Source: an uncultured Prevotella sp.
Lineage (GTDB): Bacteria > Bacteroidota > Bacteroidia > Bacteroidales > Bacteroidaceae
Length of the DNA: 64,000 nt
Assembly (NCBI GenBank): GCA_900770395.1
Contig: CAAGKM010000030.1
Location: forward strand, 423,210-487,209
Direction of reading: 5' to 3'
Under the pieces are notes generated by a model, which saw only the letters and a program-made list of their open reading frames with translations, was not told the DNA's origin and did no database searches. Positions 37,663-48,024 of the stretch are shown here, in pieces (the first letter of the stretch is position 1; every line of letters starts with the position of its first letter). Both the position numbers and the translations under genes were made by a program.

Positions 37663-39507
37663 TCACAGGCTCTGCATGTCGTTCAGTTTCTTGTAGTAAC
37701 CGTCTTTTTGCAGCAGTTCGTCGTGCGTTCCCTGCTCCACGATTTGCCCCTCGTGAATTACGTAGATTTCGTCGGCGCTCTTGATGGTCGACAGACGGTG
37801 GGCGATGGCGATGGTGGTGCGCGTCTTCATCAGCCGCTCCAGCGCGTCCTGCACAAGGCGCTCGCTCTCAGTGTCGAGTGCCGATGTGGCCTCGTCGAGT
37901 ATGAGTATCGGCGGATTCTTCAGTATAGCCCGTGCAATGCTTATCCGCTGGCGCTGTCCGCCGGAGAGCCGTCCGCCGCGGTCGCCCACGGTGGTGTCCA
38001 TGCCGTGCTCGCTCTCCATTATAAACTCGTAGGCGTTGGCTATCTTCGCCGCCTCGGCTATGCGCTGGTCGAGGTCAGTGCGGTCGGCATCCTCGGCCAC
38101 GCTGAATGCAATGTTGTTGCGGAAGCTGTCGTTGAACAGGATTGCCTCCTGGTTTACGTTGCCTATGAGCTGCCGCAGGTCGTTGATGCCAAGGTCTTTC
38201 ACGTTGATGCCGTCGATGAGCACCTCACCCTCCTGCACGTCGTAGTAGCGTGGTATGAGGTCTACGAGTGTCGACTTTCCTCCTCCGCTCTGTCCCACGA
38301 TGGCAATGGTCTTCCCCTTGGGGATGGTGAGGTTGATGTTGCGCAGAATCCATTTGTCGGCATAGCGGAACGACACATTGCGGAACTCTATCTCATGCTC
38401 AAACCTGCTGATATGCTTTGGGTTCTCAGGCTCGGCGATGGTGTTTTCGGCAAGCAGGATCTTGTCTACACGCTCCATCGATGCAAGTCCCTTGGGAATG
38501 TTGTAGCCCGCCTTTGAGAACTCCTTCAGCGGGTTGATGATGCTGTAGAGTATCACCATGTAATATATAAAGGTGGGGCCGGAGAGCCCGTAGCCGTCGA
38601 GCACGAGGATGCCGCCGAACCACAGCACTATGACTATCATCACCGTGCCGAGAAACTCGCTCATTGGGTGCGCCATCTGCTGGCGTATGTTCACACGCAT
38701 TATGCTGTTGCGGTAGTTGGTGTTGATGGTGTTGAAGCGGTCGTTCATCTTCTTCTCGGCACAGAATGCCTTGATGATGCGCAGTCCGCCAAGTGTCTCC
38801 TCCACCTGACTCATGGTGTCGCTCCACAAAGCCTGCGCCGTGATTGACTTTTGTTTCAATTTTCTGCCCACATAGCCCATGAACCATCCCATGACGGGCA
38901 CGATGAGAAGGGTGAACACTGTGAGCTGCCAGCTGATGAACAGCAGTGTGGCGAAATATGCTATAATCAATACGGGATTCTTGAACAGCATGTCGAGCGA
39001 TGACATTATGCTGTTCTCAATCTCCTGCACGTCGCCGCTCATGCGGGCAATGATGTCGCCCTTGCGCTCCTCGGAGAAGAAGCCGAGCGGCAAGGCGTTA
39101 ATCTTGCGGTAGAGCTGGTTGCGGATGTCGCGCACAATGCCCGTACGTATGGGAATGATTGTGGCTGATGACAGAAAGTATGCGCCGGTCTTCAGAAAAG
39201 TGGTGACGGCGAGGAACAGTCCTATGCAGAGCAGCGTTGTGGCGGGACCGATGTCGTTTATCATCTGCGACACATAGTAGTTCATGTTGTTTGTCGCCAC
39301 CACCTTCAGATCGTCACTGCCCCACTCCATCAGCTCTGTAGCCCGCTCAGCCTCACCTGTCTGAAAGAGTATCTGCAGTATCGGTATTATAGCAGCGAAC
39401 GAAAAGATGTTTAGTACTGCCGACAGGATGTTGAACACCACCGACCACACAAGGTATTTCTTGTATGGCGGTATGAAGCGGCGGAGCACGTTTAAGAATT
39501 CACGCAT
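37663..39507 (-). CDS. ABC transporter ATP-binding/permease fusion (MsbA-like exporter)
   Basis: Six-TM N-terminal domain plus an NBD with Walker A (GQSGGGKST), signature LSGGQRQR and Walker B (ILILDEATSALD). Start set at the internal MREFLNVL. Confidence 0.9.
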   Translation of the reverse strand: MREFLNVLRRFIPPYKKYLVWSVVFNILSAVLNIFSFAAIIPILQILFQTGEAERATELMEWGSDDLKVVATNNMNYYVSQMINDIGPATTLLCIGLFLAVTTFLKTGAYFLSSATIIPIRTGIVRDIRNQLYRKINALPLGFFSEERKGDIIARMSGDVQEIENSIMSSLDMLFKNPVLIIAYFATLLFISWQLTVFTLLIVPVMGWFMGYVGRKLKQKSITAQALWSDTMSQVEETLGGLRIIKAFCAEKKMNDRFNTINTNYRNSIMRVNIRQQMAHPMSEFLGTVMIVIVLWFGGILVLDGYGLSGPTFIYYMVILYSIINPLKEFSKAGYNIPKGLASMERVDKILLAENTIAEPENPKHISRFEHEIEFRNVSFRYADKWILRNINLTIPKGKTIAIVGQSGGGKSTLVDLIPRYYDVQEGEVLIDGINVKDLGINDLRQLIGNVNQEAILFNDSFRNNIAFSVAEDADRTDLDQRIAEAAKIANAYEFIMESEHGMDTTVGDRGGRLSGGQRQRISIARAILKNPPILILDEATSALDTESERLVQDALERLMKTRTTIAIAHRLSTIKSADEIYVIHEGQIVEQGTHDELLQKDGYYKKLNDMQSL

Positions 39508-39533
39508 GTTTTGTATGTGGTTGTTTGCTGTAA

Positions 39534-40859
39534 TTATTCTGTTATGGTCTCGCCAAACAAAGTGGCACTTGACGAGCCTGTGATTCTCACTCTTACGGTC
39601 TCGCCGACATGATGGCTGCCTTTGTCGAACACCACCATCTTGTTCTGCTCCGTGCGCCCGCACAGCTGTTCACGGCTGCGCTTGCTGAACCCCTCTACAA
39701 GCACGTCGAACACCTTGCCCTCATCCTTCTTGTTTGCCTTTGCCGACATCTCTGTCTGCAGCGCGATAAGCTCGTTGAGGCGGCGTATCTTCTCTGCCTC
39801 GTCCACATCGTCGGGCAGATGCTTTGAGGCGTATGTGCCCGGACGCTCAGAATATTTGAACATGAAGGCGGAGTCGTAGCCCACGGTGCGCATAAGGTCG
39901 AGCGACATCTGATGGTCTTCCTCTGTCTCGCTGTGATAGCCAACGAATATGTCGGTGCTCAGTCCGCAGTCGGGTATTATGCGGCGGATGGCTGCCACAC
40001 GGTCGAGATACCACTCGCGGGTGTACTTACGGTTCATCAACTTCAGTATTCTGTCGCTTCCGCTCTGCACCGGCAGATGTATGTGCCTGCACACATTAGG
40101 CATGTCGGCAATCACGTGCAACGTCTCATCGCTCATGTCTTTGGGGTGGCTGGTGGTGAAGCGCACTCTCATACCGGGTACAGCCTCTGCCACACGGCGC
40201 AGTAACTCGGGGAAACGTATCTCCTTGTTGTCGCTGCCTGTAAACTGATAGCTGTTCACGTTCTGTCCCAGCAGCGTCACCTCCTTAAAGCCCCGTGCCT
40301 CAAGGTCTTTCACTTCACGCAGAATGCTCTCGATGTCTCGGCTGCGCTCCCTGCCCCGAGTGTAAGGCACGATGCAGTAGTGACAGAAGTTGTTGCAGCC
40401 ACGCATGATGCTCACAAAGCCGCCGATGCGTGAGCCGTGAAGGCGCAGCGGCACGATGTCGCGGTAGGTTTCGGTGGTCGACAGCTCAATGTTTATTGCC
40501 TTATGTCCTGTCTCGGCCTGGGCAATGAGGTCGGGCAACGACAGATAGGCATCGGGACCAGCCACGAGGTCGGCGTGATGGTTGTTGAGCAGGTCTTCCT
40601 TGGCACGCTCAGCCATGCAGCCCAATACTCCCAGTATCATCTTGTGTCCCTTCTTGCGCTCTGCGTTCAGCGTGTCAAGGCGGTTGATGATTTTCTGCTC
40701 AGCATTGTCACGCACCGAGCAGGTGTTTAGAAACACCGCATCGGCGTCCTTTATGTCATCGCACACTTCATAGTCGGCCATCTTCATGACTGAAGCCACA
40801 ACCTCACTGTCTGCCACGTTCATCTGGCAGCCGTATGTCTCAATAAAAAGTTTTTTCAC
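39534..40859 (-). CDS. miaB: Radical-SAM methylthiotransferase, MiaB-like
   Basis: MTTase N-domain Cys triad, radical SAM CNNFCHYC, and a TRAM C-terminus. A GTG start is inferred because a -7 promoter box lies inside the track's upstream extension. Confidence 0.8.
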   Translation of the reverse strand: MKKLFIETYGCQMNVADSEVVASVMKMADYEVCDDIKDADAVFLNTCSVRDNAEQKIINRLDTLNAERKKGHKMILGVLGCMAERAKEDLLNNHHADLVAGPDAYLSLPDLIAQAETGHKAINIELSTTETYRDIVPLRLHGSRIGGFVSIMRGCNNFCHYCIVPYTRGRERSRDIESILREVKDLEARGFKEVTLLGQNVNSYQFTGSDNKEIRFPELLRRVAEAVPGMRVRFTTSHPKDMSDETLHVIADMPNVCRHIHLPVQSGSDRILKLMNRKYTREWYLDRVAAIRRIIPDCGLSTDIFVGYHSETEEDHQMSLDLMRTVGYDSAFMFKYSERPGTYASKHLPDDVDEAEKIRRLNELIALQTEMSAKANKKDEGKVFDVLVEGFSKRSREQLCGRTEQNKMVVFDKGSHHVGETVRVRITGSSSATLFGETITE

Positions 40860-40883
40860 GTTGTATTTTATGTATATTTTCTG

Positions 40884-40891
40884 CAAAGTTA
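40884..40891 (-). promoter_or_regulatory. -7 box (TAACTTTG on minus strand) for miaB
   Basis: Plus-strand CAAAGTTA, 25 bp upstream of the GTG at 40859. Confidence 0.45.
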
Positions 40892-40934
40892 CGAATAAAT
40901 GAGGGAAATACAAAATAAATCACAATTTTTTTCG

Positions 40935-40942
40935 TACCTTTG
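40935..40942 (+). promoter_or_regulatory. -7 box TACCTTTG for proA (divergent from miaB)
   Basis: TAnnTTTG, about 160 bp before proA. Confidence 0.4.
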
Positions 40943-41100
40943 CAGAAGATTTAGCTGCACTCGGGAAATTGAAAGAAAATCTTTCCTTTCCTCTCGTTTG
41001 CAAAAACTTTGCAGCTGAAAGGCATAGCTCCGGCAATTTAGAGCATGCTCTATTGCGTTTGGATAGCACTTTATAACAAAATAACAAATAAAACACAGAT

Positions 41101-42342
41101 ATGATAAAGATTTTTAAGCGTGCGAAGGCGGCTGGCAGAGCCTTGGCGATGATTGACGACGGGAAGAGAAACGAAATTCTCAGGGCAGTGGCTGGCGCCA
41201 TAACGGCAAGCAAGGAGCGGCTGTTGGAGGCAAACGCCAGGGACCTGGCGATGATGGACAGGGAGAATCCGCTGTACGACCGCCTGCAGCTTACTGACGC
41301 AAGATTAGAGGGCATTGCCGCTGATATGTGCAATGTGGCTTCGCTTCCCTCACCATTGGGACTGGTGACAAAGGAAAGGACATTATACAATGGACTGCGG
41401 CTGAAGAGGGTGAGCGTGCCGTTCGGGGTGATAGGAATGATTTATGAGGCACGCCCCAACGTGACGTTCGACGTGTTCTCGCTGTGCTTCAAGAGCGGAA
41501 ACGCCTGTGTGCTGAAAGGCGGCAAGGATGCCGACAACAGCAATCGCGAGGCTGTGGCGCTGATACATGAGGTGCTGAGCCGCTACGGCATAGACACGGC
41601 AGCCGTGGAGCTGATGCCTGCCACCCACGAGGCAACGGCTGAGATGCTCAACGCCGTGGGATATATTGACTTGTGCATTCCGCGTGGCGGCAGGCGGTTG
41701 ATTGACTTTGTGAGAGACAATGCTCGGGTGCCGGTGATAGAGACGGGAGCCGGTGTGGTGAACACGTATTTCGACAAGGAAGGCAACACCGCCATGGGAG
41801 CTGCGATAATCAACAATGCCAAGACCCGCCGAGTGAGCGTGTGCAACGCCCTCGACTGTCTGATTATCCACCGAGAGAGGATTGGAGCACTGCCGCAACT
41901 GTGCGCAAAGCTTGCTGAGAGAAATGTTGTGATATATGCTGACAATGAGGCATATAATATTTTGAGCTGCAATTATCCTGCGCAACTGCTTGAAAAAGCT
42001 GACGACAGCAGTTTCGGCACTGAGTTTATGGACTATAAGATGGCTGTAAAGACCGTCGGCAGTCTCGATGATGCGATAGAGCACATCAGCCGCTACGGCT
42101 CGGGGCACAGTGAGTGCATCATCACCGACGACAAGGCTGCCGCAAGGAAGTTCCAGCAGACGGTTGACGCAGCCTGCGTGTACTGGAACGCACCGACGAG
42201 CTTCACCGACGGGGCGCAGTTTGGCTTAGGCGCAGAGATAGGAATATCAACGCAGAAGCTCGGTCCAAGAGGGCCAATGGCATTGGAGGAAATTACCACC
42301 TATAAGTGGATTATCGAAGGCGAAGGGCAAACCAGAGCGTAA
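41101..42342 (+). CDS. proA: Glutamate-5-semialdehyde dehydrogenase (gamma-glutamyl phosphate reductase)
   Basis: Full-length ProA pattern (…[19 protein letters not shown]…, catalytic Cys region). Confidence 0.9.
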   Translation: MIKIFKRAKAAGRALAMIDDGKRNEILRAVAGAITASKERLLEANARDLAMMDRENPLYDRLQLTDARLEGIAADMCNVASLPSPLGLVTKERTLYNGLRLKRVSVPFGVIGMIYEARPNVTFDVFSLCFKSGNACVLKGGKDADNSNREAVALIHEVLSRYGIDTAAVELMPATHEATAEMLNAVGYIDLCIPRGGRRLIDFVRDNARVPVIETGAGVVNTYFDKEGNTAMGAAIINNAKTRRVSVCNALDCLIIHRERIGALPQLCAKLAERNVVIYADNEAYNILSCNYPAQLLEKADDSSFGTEFMDYKMAVKTVGSLDDAIEHISRYGSGHSECIITDDKAAARKFQQTVDAACVYWNAPTSFTDGAQFGLGAEIGISTQKLGPRGPMALEEITTYKWIIEGEGQTRA

Positions 42343-43258
42343 AGAACAGCAAGGCTCCGCTCACCCAGCCGCCAATCACGTCGATGGCATAATGCGCCTG
42401 AATATACACGGTGCTCAGGCACAGCAGCACGTAGAGCGGCAGCAGGCTGTAGAGCAGGCGGCGTGAGCCAGTCTTCCACGCAAGAAGCATAACAATGGTG
42501 CTAACACCCACATGACTGCTGGGGAACGCCGCCGTAGGCCGTTCTCCGGCATCATGTGCATTCTGCACCATGTCGTAGAAGAATCCCCCGTCCCATCCTG
42601 GCAGCGGCAGACATTCGCTGTGGCTCAGGAAATAGTCGTGGACATTTGGGAACACACCGGCGGCAATGTCCTCCAGTCCCACGGCAAGATAATAATACTG
42701 CGGTCCTGCTACGGGGATGGCTATATAAATAATGTAATACACGAAGAACGATACCATGATGACCGTTGCGGCGCGCTCCATCATGTCGTATTTGCGCAGC
42801 AGGCAGTATATCACCACCACGGCAATCATGGGATAATAGGCACTGTATCCCAAGTGCATCAGCTCGCTGAACACCTTCCACGAAAAGACGTTGTGGAAAT
42901 GCAATGCCGGCTGACAGCCGAAGAGACTTTGCTCCCAAGTGGCAAAGAGATGGTCGAGGTTGGGGAAGAGCCGGTTGAACTCATAGGTGTCGGGATACCA
43001 CCAGCTGAGCAGTGCCATCTGCACCACGATGCGCGCAAAGAGAGTGATGCGGCACGGCACAAGACGGTAGACGCCCCACATGGCGAGGGTGATAAAGAGA
43101 ATGCGCACACGCCCCCAGAGCATCGACTCGGGGTTCTGCAGCTTGGTGAACATGAAGAACATGAGCAGAGTGGTGAGTGCCATGTATGCCAGCATCACCC
43201 ACTCTAAGGTAATCAGTCCTCGGCGCGGCGTGCGCTCTATCTTGAAAAGGGCTGTCAT
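42311..43258 (-). CDS. PAP2-superfamily integral membrane protein
   Basis: Multi-TM protein with PSSH… and …HYAIDVIGG (PAP2 motifs 2 and 3). Confidence 0.6.
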   Translation of the reverse strand: MTALFKIERTPRRGLITLEWVMLAYMALTTLLMFFMFTKLQNPESMLWGRVRILFITLAMWGVYRLVPCRITLFARIVVQMALLSWWYPDTYEFNRLFPNLDHLFATWEQSLFGCQPALHFHNVFSWKVFSELMHLGYSAYYPMIAVVVIYCLLRKYDMMERAATVIMVSFFVYYIIYIAIPVAGPQYYYLAVGLEDIAAGVFPNVHDYFLSHSECLPLPGWDGGFFYDMVQNAHDAGERPTAAFPSSHVGVSTIVMLLAWKTGSRRLLYSLLPLYVLLCLSTVYIQAHYAIDVIGGWVSGALLFFTLWFALRLR

Positions 43259-43262
43259 TGCT

Positions 43263-44519
43263 TTAACTCTTTACAATCTTGAACAACTTGTCGCTCGGGC
43301 GCACTTTCGCCGGCACTGGTATCGACACACGCTGTCCCTTGAGGGCTGTATCTACGGGCTTGAGGTCGTAGCGTATCTCGCTGCAGTCGAGATAAATCAC
43401 TCCTGTTGTGGGGCCTGTGATGAGCAGCTTGTCGCCCACGCTGAACTCCGACGCCTCCACCTGAAACTCCGCCACGCCGAGCTTCGAGAAGTACTTTATT
43501 CCCTTGGCGCAATACACCTTTCGCTCCGTGGCTGCCGAACCGTAGTTCTTGTTCCACTCGCCGAGAGTCTGTCCCTGATAGTAGCCGTCCCAGAAGCCAC
43601 GGTTGAACACTGTTGCGAGACGCTCGTCCCAGGCATCCTTTTTCTCTTCGGTGAAAGTGCCGTCGAGCACCGATTGGATAGCCTCCTTGTAGCATTTCAC
43701 CACGGTGTAGACGTACTCTGGTCCGCGTGCCCTGCCCTCAATCTTGAACACCCTCACTCCGCTCTTCATCATGCGGTCGATGAAGCGCACGGTCTTCAGA
43801 TCCTTGGGGCTCATTATGTATTTATTGTCTATCTCCAGCTCGTTGCCCGTCTCCATGTCGGTCACTCGGTATGAGCGGCGGCATATCTGCACGCACTCTC
43901 CACGGTTGGCTGAGCGGTTGGCGTTCTGCAGGCTGAGGTAGCACTTACCGCTGATTGCCATGCACAATGCGCCGTGGCAGAACATCTCTATGCGTATCTG
44001 CTCTCCCGACGGACCGCAGATGTGCTGCTCCTCTATCTGACGGTAGATGTCTGCCACCTGGTCGAGGTTCAGCTCACGCGCCAGCACCACCACGTCGGCA
44101 AACTGTGCGTAGAACCTCAGCGCCTCGATGTTGCTGATGTTGAGCTGCGTGGAGAGATGTACCTCCTGACCGATAGAGTTGCAGTAGGTCATCACCGCCA
44201 CGTCGCTGGCAATCACGGCAGATATTCCGGCAGCCTTTGCCGCATCCACAATCTCGTGCATCAGCGGTATGTCCTCGCCGTAGATTATGGTGTTCACAGT
44301 GAGGTAAGTCTTTATGCCCTCGGCGTTGCATGTCTCCGCTATCTCGCGCAGGTCGTCGATGGTGAATGTGTTTGCCGAATGTGCGCGCATGTTGAGCTTC
44401 TCAATGCCGAAGTACACGCTGCCGGCACCAGCCTGTATGGCGGCGGCAAGACTCTCGCGGGAGCCCACGGGCGCCATTATCTCGTATTCGTTTGTCATAT
44501 TGTCCTGTTGGCTCATCAT
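43263..44519 (-). CDS. Peptidase U32 family protein (PrtC-like)
   Basis: U32 signature region (…EMFCHGALCMAISGKCYLS…) and overall collagenase-like pattern. Confidence 0.85.
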   Translation of the reverse strand: MMSQQDNMTNEYEIMAPVGSRESLAAAIQAGAGSVYFGIEKLNMRAHSANTFTIDDLREIAETCNAEGIKTYLTVNTIIYGEDIPLMHEIVDAAKAAGISAVIASDVAVMTYCNSIGQEVHLSTQLNISNIEALRFYAQFADVVVLARELNLDQVADIYRQIEEQHICGPSGEQIRIEMFCHGALCMAISGKCYLSLQNANRSANRGECVQICRRSYRVTDMETGNELEIDNKYIMSPKDLKTVRFIDRMMKSGVRVFKIEGRARGPEYVYTVVKCYKEAIQSVLDGTFTEEKKDAWDERLATVFNRGFWDGYYQGQTLGEWNKNYGSAATERKVYCAKGIKYFSKLGVAEFQVEASEFSVGDKLLITGPTTGVIYLDCSEIRYDLKPVDTALKGQRVSIPVPAKVRPSDKLFKIVKS

Positions 44520-45922
44520 CTCATCAGTTCTGCTATACGTTTGCTTATCTCGTTGTTCTCCATCACTCCGCTGAAGCGCTCTGCACCGGCACCTACGGCA
44601 AACACTGGCACGAAGCCGCTGGTGTGGCCTCCTGTGGTCCAGCCCACCACAGCCTTGCGGTTGAGTATCCTGATGGCTGTGGCTGCCATGAGATTGTCAA
44701 CATAATATTCGCTCTTCACTCCCTTCGCCTTGCCCTGCATTGTCCTGTCGTAGGCATCCTTCATCTCAGCCTCGTCTTTCTCGTCCATCCTCACGCTGGT
44801 CCACAGTCCCGTATATTCAGCCACCATCTGCCTCATCACGTCAAAGGTGAAGGCGTCCCTGTTCTCCTCTAACTTTGCCAGCAGCTTTTTGGTGAGTGTG
44901 TTCTGCGAGCACTTCTGGTTTCCGAGCACATCAAGATGAAGGTCATAATTGCCGTCACGCCCGAGGGTCACTCCTCCGGTCTCGTGGTCGGCGGATACTA
45001 CAATCAGGGTCTCATCGGGGTGCTGTTTGTAGAAACGGTATGCCACTGCGATGGCATTGTCGAAGTCGACGGTCTCGTGGATGGCTGTCGCAGCGTCGTT
45101 GGAGTGGCAGGCATAGTCAATCTGTCCGCCCTCCACCATTAGGAAGAATCCCTTTTCTTTACCTTTATTATATAGGAAGTCAACGGCAGCCTCGGTAATC
45201 TGCGGCAGTTGCAGGTCGGTGGCGTTGCGGTCGAGGGCGCAGGGCAGCTGGGTGCGGAACAGTTCTTCCCTGTCGTCGGTCTGGGTGAGCAGCACCTTCT
45301 GCTGCTTCCTGCCCTTCTCGAGATACTCATCATAGCCCTTGAGCGTGGTGTAGCCTGCTTTTGTCAGCATGTCGGCGATGGCGGGCTGCCTGCCGTCCTT
45401 GCCCTTTGGCTGGCGGAACCATGCTCCGCCGAAGAAGTCGAAACCGGATGCGGCAAGCTGCTTGCCTATCTCATAGTACATGCCACGCTCAGGCACGTGG
45501 GCGTAGAACACTGCCGGAGTGGCGTGGTCGATGCTCACGCTTGTGGTCACTCCCACAGCCATGCCGCGCTGCTTTGCCAGCTCGGCGATGGTCACGATGG
45601 GGCTCGCCTTAGCAGAGTCCATGGCTATCGTTCCGTTTGTTGTCTTCTCGCCGGTGCTCAGCGCCGTTCCTCCCGCAGCGCTGTCGGTGGTGCCGTGACT
45701 CTTGGAATAAGTATAGGAGTAACCCGTCACGGGGAATTGTGTCATGCACAGCGGCACACGGCAATTACTGCCGTTCATCGCCGCTCTGTAACGCTCGGTA
45801 AGGTTGATTTGGTTCACCCCCATGCCGTCGCCAATCATAAGAAACACATACTTCGCCCTCTGTGCCGCCGACGCCATGGTCATGCACAGGCACAGAAATA
45901 AGATATAAATTCTTGTCATCAT
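44516..45922 (-). CDS. Alkaline phosphatase (PhoA family), secreted
   Basis: Signal peptide, IGDGMG, and the active-site DSAAG(G)TA region. Confidence 0.9.
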   Translation of the reverse strand: MMTRIYILFLCLCMTMASAAQRAKYVFLMIGDGMGVNQINLTERYRAAMNGSNCRVPLCMTQFPVTGYSYTYSKSHGTTDSAAGGTALSTGEKTTNGTIAMDSAKASPIVTIAELAKQRGMAVGVTTSVSIDHATPAVFYAHVPERGMYYEIGKQLAASGFDFFGGAWFRQPKGKDGRQPAIADMLTKAGYTTLKGYDEYLEKGRKQQKVLLTQTDDREELFRTQLPCALDRNATDLQLPQITEAAVDFLYNKGKEKGFFLMVEGGQIDYACHSNDAATAIHETVDFDNAIAVAYRFYKQHPDETLIVVSADHETGGVTLGRDGNYDLHLDVLGNQKCSQNTLTKKLLAKLEENRDAFTFDVMRQMVAEYTGLWTSVRMDEKDEAEMKDAYDRTMQGKAKGVKSEYYVDNLMAATAIRILNRKAVVGWTTGGHTSGFVPVFAVGAGAERFSGVMENNEISKRIAELMR

Positions 45923-45947
45923 ACTGTATATCCCTTGATTTGAAGCG

Positions 45948-45955
45948 CAAAATTA
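45948..45955 (-). promoter_or_regulatory. -7 box (TAATTTTG on minus strand) for alkaline phosphatase
   Basis: Plus-strand CAAAATTA, 26 bp upstream of the minus-strand start. Confidence 0.4.
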
Positions 45956-46051
45956 ACACTTTTTTTGCAGAAGGCAATGCCTGCCACTCCCTTTTTAATG
46001 TTTTTTATTGATTAATAATGGCGAAACCGCACGTTTGCCCGATATTTTTAT

Positions 46052-46059
46052 TAACTTTG
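46052..46059 (+). promoter_or_regulatory. -7 box TAACTTTG upstream of the HU-like gene
   Basis: TAnnTTTG, followed about 40 bp downstream by the triple palindrome array. Confidence 0.4.
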
Positions 46060-46097
46060 CACCCGAGGGAAGGAGACGGACTGCCTGGAGTGATTAC

Positions 46098-46164
46098 CGT
46101 ACCCTATATATAGGTGGCAATCGTACCCTATATATAGGTGACAGTCATACCCTATATATAGGTT
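46098..46164. repeat. Three tandem copies (24-bp period) of a 19-bp unit containing the perfect 12-bp palindrome CCTATATATAGG
   Basis: CGTACCCTATATATAGGTG at 46098-46116, 46122-46140 and 46146-46164 (the third with 1-2 changes); palindromes at 46103-14, 46127-38 and 46151-62. Confidence 0.6.
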
Positions 46165-46219
46165 ACAACGACACTCCACCCACATCAATTGCGATGACAT
46201 GACCTAAACGATAACAGAT

Positions 46220-46639
46220 ATGATAGAACTTGAGATTAAAAGCAAGCGGCTGGCGCAGGGAAAGCGTAAGGGTAATATAGTTTACTTCGCCATGCCGAAG
46301 ACACAGGTGCGCATGACCTACAAGGAACTTGTAGACCGCATAGTGCGCGAGACATCGCTCACGGCGGGCGACGTGAGCAACGCAATAATAAGCATAGCGA
46401 ACGTGGTGTGCGATGTGATTGAGCTGGGCGGAAGCGTAGACCTTGCTGACCTCGGGCTGATTAGGGCAACCGTAAACACTAAAATGATGGACTCGCCCGG
46501 GGAAGTGACGGTGAAAGATGCCCTGCTCACGCCCAAGATTTCGTATACGCCCAAAAAGCGCATGCGCGAGTCACTGAAAAAAATAGAGGTGAGAATCGTC
46601 CGTGATGAAGCCGCGGCTAAGCCAAGCCCTGCGCCTTGA
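46220..46639 (+). CDS. HU-like DNA-binding protein (Bacteroidetes-specific HU family)
   Basis: 139 aa; …MTYKELVDRIVRETSLTAGDVSNAIISIANVVCDVIELGGSVDLADLGLI… shows HU/IHF fold spacing and a Lys-rich C-terminal tail. Confidence 0.75.
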   Translation: MIELEIKSKRLAQGKRKGNIVYFAMPKTQVRMTYKELVDRIVRETSLTAGDVSNAIISIANVVCDVIELGGSVDLADLGLIRATVNTKMMDSPGEVTVKDALLTPKISYTPKKRMRESLKKIEVRIVRDEAAAKPSPAP

Positions 46640-47213
46640 GCTCCTCCACTGCCGTTTCGAGAGCTGCATACCAGTCCTCACCGAAGCGCCGCGTAAGCGG
46701 TCCCTTCAGGAACTTATATACAGGAAGGTCAAGCTCCTGCCCTTTCTTTCGGGCATCGGCGCATACAGCCCAGCGGTGATAGTGCAGAGCTATGTCGCCC
46801 GAGCGCAGCGTTTTCTCCCTTATGGGATAGAGCGCGCAGCTTATGGGCTTGCAGAACCTCGCCTTGCCGCTGCGGTAAGCCTTCTCAAGAGCACACAGGC
46901 AGCAGCCGTTCTCATAGCAGGTGAACACGCAGTCCTTGCCGCCCACGATGCTGGTCACAAGCTCGCCGTCGACATCGGTGTAAGCCACGCCCTGCCTGTC
47001 GACGACCGCCTGCGCCGAGGCGCTCAGACCGCTCCACACCACGTCGAGCGAATCCTCAATCGCACTTATCTCATCCAAGGTCACAGGGGCACCGGCATCG
47101 CCCTCTACACAGCAAATGCCCTTGCAGGCATCAAGGTCGCAGCAAAAGCGCTCGGTGATGATGTCGAGCGGTATCAGTACATTGTCTATTTGTATTATCG
47201 GCAGGTGTTGCAT
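46617..47213 (-). CDS. Cys-rich conserved hypothetical protein (DUF3109-like)
   Basis: 198 aa with multiple CxxC/CC motifs (CCDLDACKGICC, CYENGCCLC). Confidence 0.5.
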   Translation of the reverse strand: MQHLPIIQIDNVLIPLDIITERFCCDLDACKGICCVEGDAGAPVTLDEISAIEDSLDVVWSGLSASAQAVVDRQGVAYTDVDGELVTSIVGGKDCVFTCYENGCCLCALEKAYRSGKARFCKPISCALYPIREKTLRSGDIALHYHRWAVCADARKKGQELDLPVYKFLKGPLTRRFGEDWYAALETAVEELKAQGLA

Positions 47214-47345
47214 TTCTATAACTTTTTATTCATATTTCGGGAGGTATCCTTCCACCAGACACCATCCTGTTGACGTTTTCGGGTGCAAAAGTAACGTTTT
47301 TTTTCTTTTCCACCAAATTTTTTTGGCATCATGATATTTTTTTCG

Positions 47346-47353
47346 TACTTTTG
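47346..47353 (+). promoter_or_regulatory. -7 box TACTTTTG upstream of the ECF sigma factor
   Basis: TAnnTTTG, 45 bp before the ATG at 47399. Confidence 0.45.
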
Positions 47354-47398
47354 CAACATTAATTTACCTGTACACAAACATACAGTAATCAAAACGGA

Positions 47399-47920
47399 AT
47401 GTCAAACAGCATGCAGAAAGAACATCGGCTTATGGAGCGTATGGAACAGCTATACAAACAGTTTCATACGCGGCTTTATCTGTATGCGCTGACAATCCTC
47501 GACAATGAAGACGATGCCAAAGACACCGTGAGCGACGTGATGCAGCAAATATGGGAACAATGGCATGCCGACGGCACGGAGACTGGTATTCCGGGAGCAG
47601 CATTCCTTTACACCGCCGTGCGCAACCGCAGCTTGGACAGGCTGCGCCACAGCAAGGTGACGGGACGATATGCCGAGGCAATGCGTGCCACCGAAGCGTT
47701 TGACGATGACGGGCAGGCTGAGGAATACGAGACACGGGTGGAGCGAATCAGGCATGCTATAAGCCAGCTGCCCGAACCGGGACAGACGGTGCTGCGCCAC
47801 ACCTACTTCAAGAAACTCACCTACAAACAGACCGCTGAAATATTGGGAATGAGCGAAAACATGGTGCACAAGCACATGATACGCATGTTCAGGCTATTAA
47901 GGGAAATAATGGCAAGATAA
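47399..47920 (+). CDS. RNA polymerase ECF-type sigma-70 factor
   Basis: Sigma-70 region 2 (…FLYTAVRNRSLDRLRH) and region 4 HTH (…YKQTAEILGMSENMVHKHM). Confidence 0.9.
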   Translation: MSNSMQKEHRLMERMEQLYKQFHTRLYLYALTILDNEDDAKDTVSDVMQQIWEQWHADGTETGIPGAAFLYTAVRNRSLDRLRHSKVTGRYAEAMRATEAFDDDGQAEEYETRVERIRHAISQLPEPGQTVLRHTYFKKLTYKQTAEILGMSENMVHKHMIRMFRLLREIMAR

Positions 47921-48024
47921 CGGCACAGGCAACATGCCATGCACGTATAAACAAAGTTAAAAAAGATTATAGGTAGCGCACAAAAAGCGCTATTCGGACG
48001 TAATAAAGAAAAAATAAACGACTA

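Noticed and set aside
41383-42108. 241-aa minus-strand ORF and the 156-aa ORF at 40920-41390 overlapping proA and its leader
   Set aside because: Antisense to proA. The 40920-41390 ORF would run through the mapped -7 boxes and has no motifs.
43080-44705. Plus-strand ORFs of 264 aa and 243 aa overlapping the U32 peptidase gene
   Set aside because: Antisense to a well-conserved U32 CDS; His/Cys/Arg-rich junk composition.
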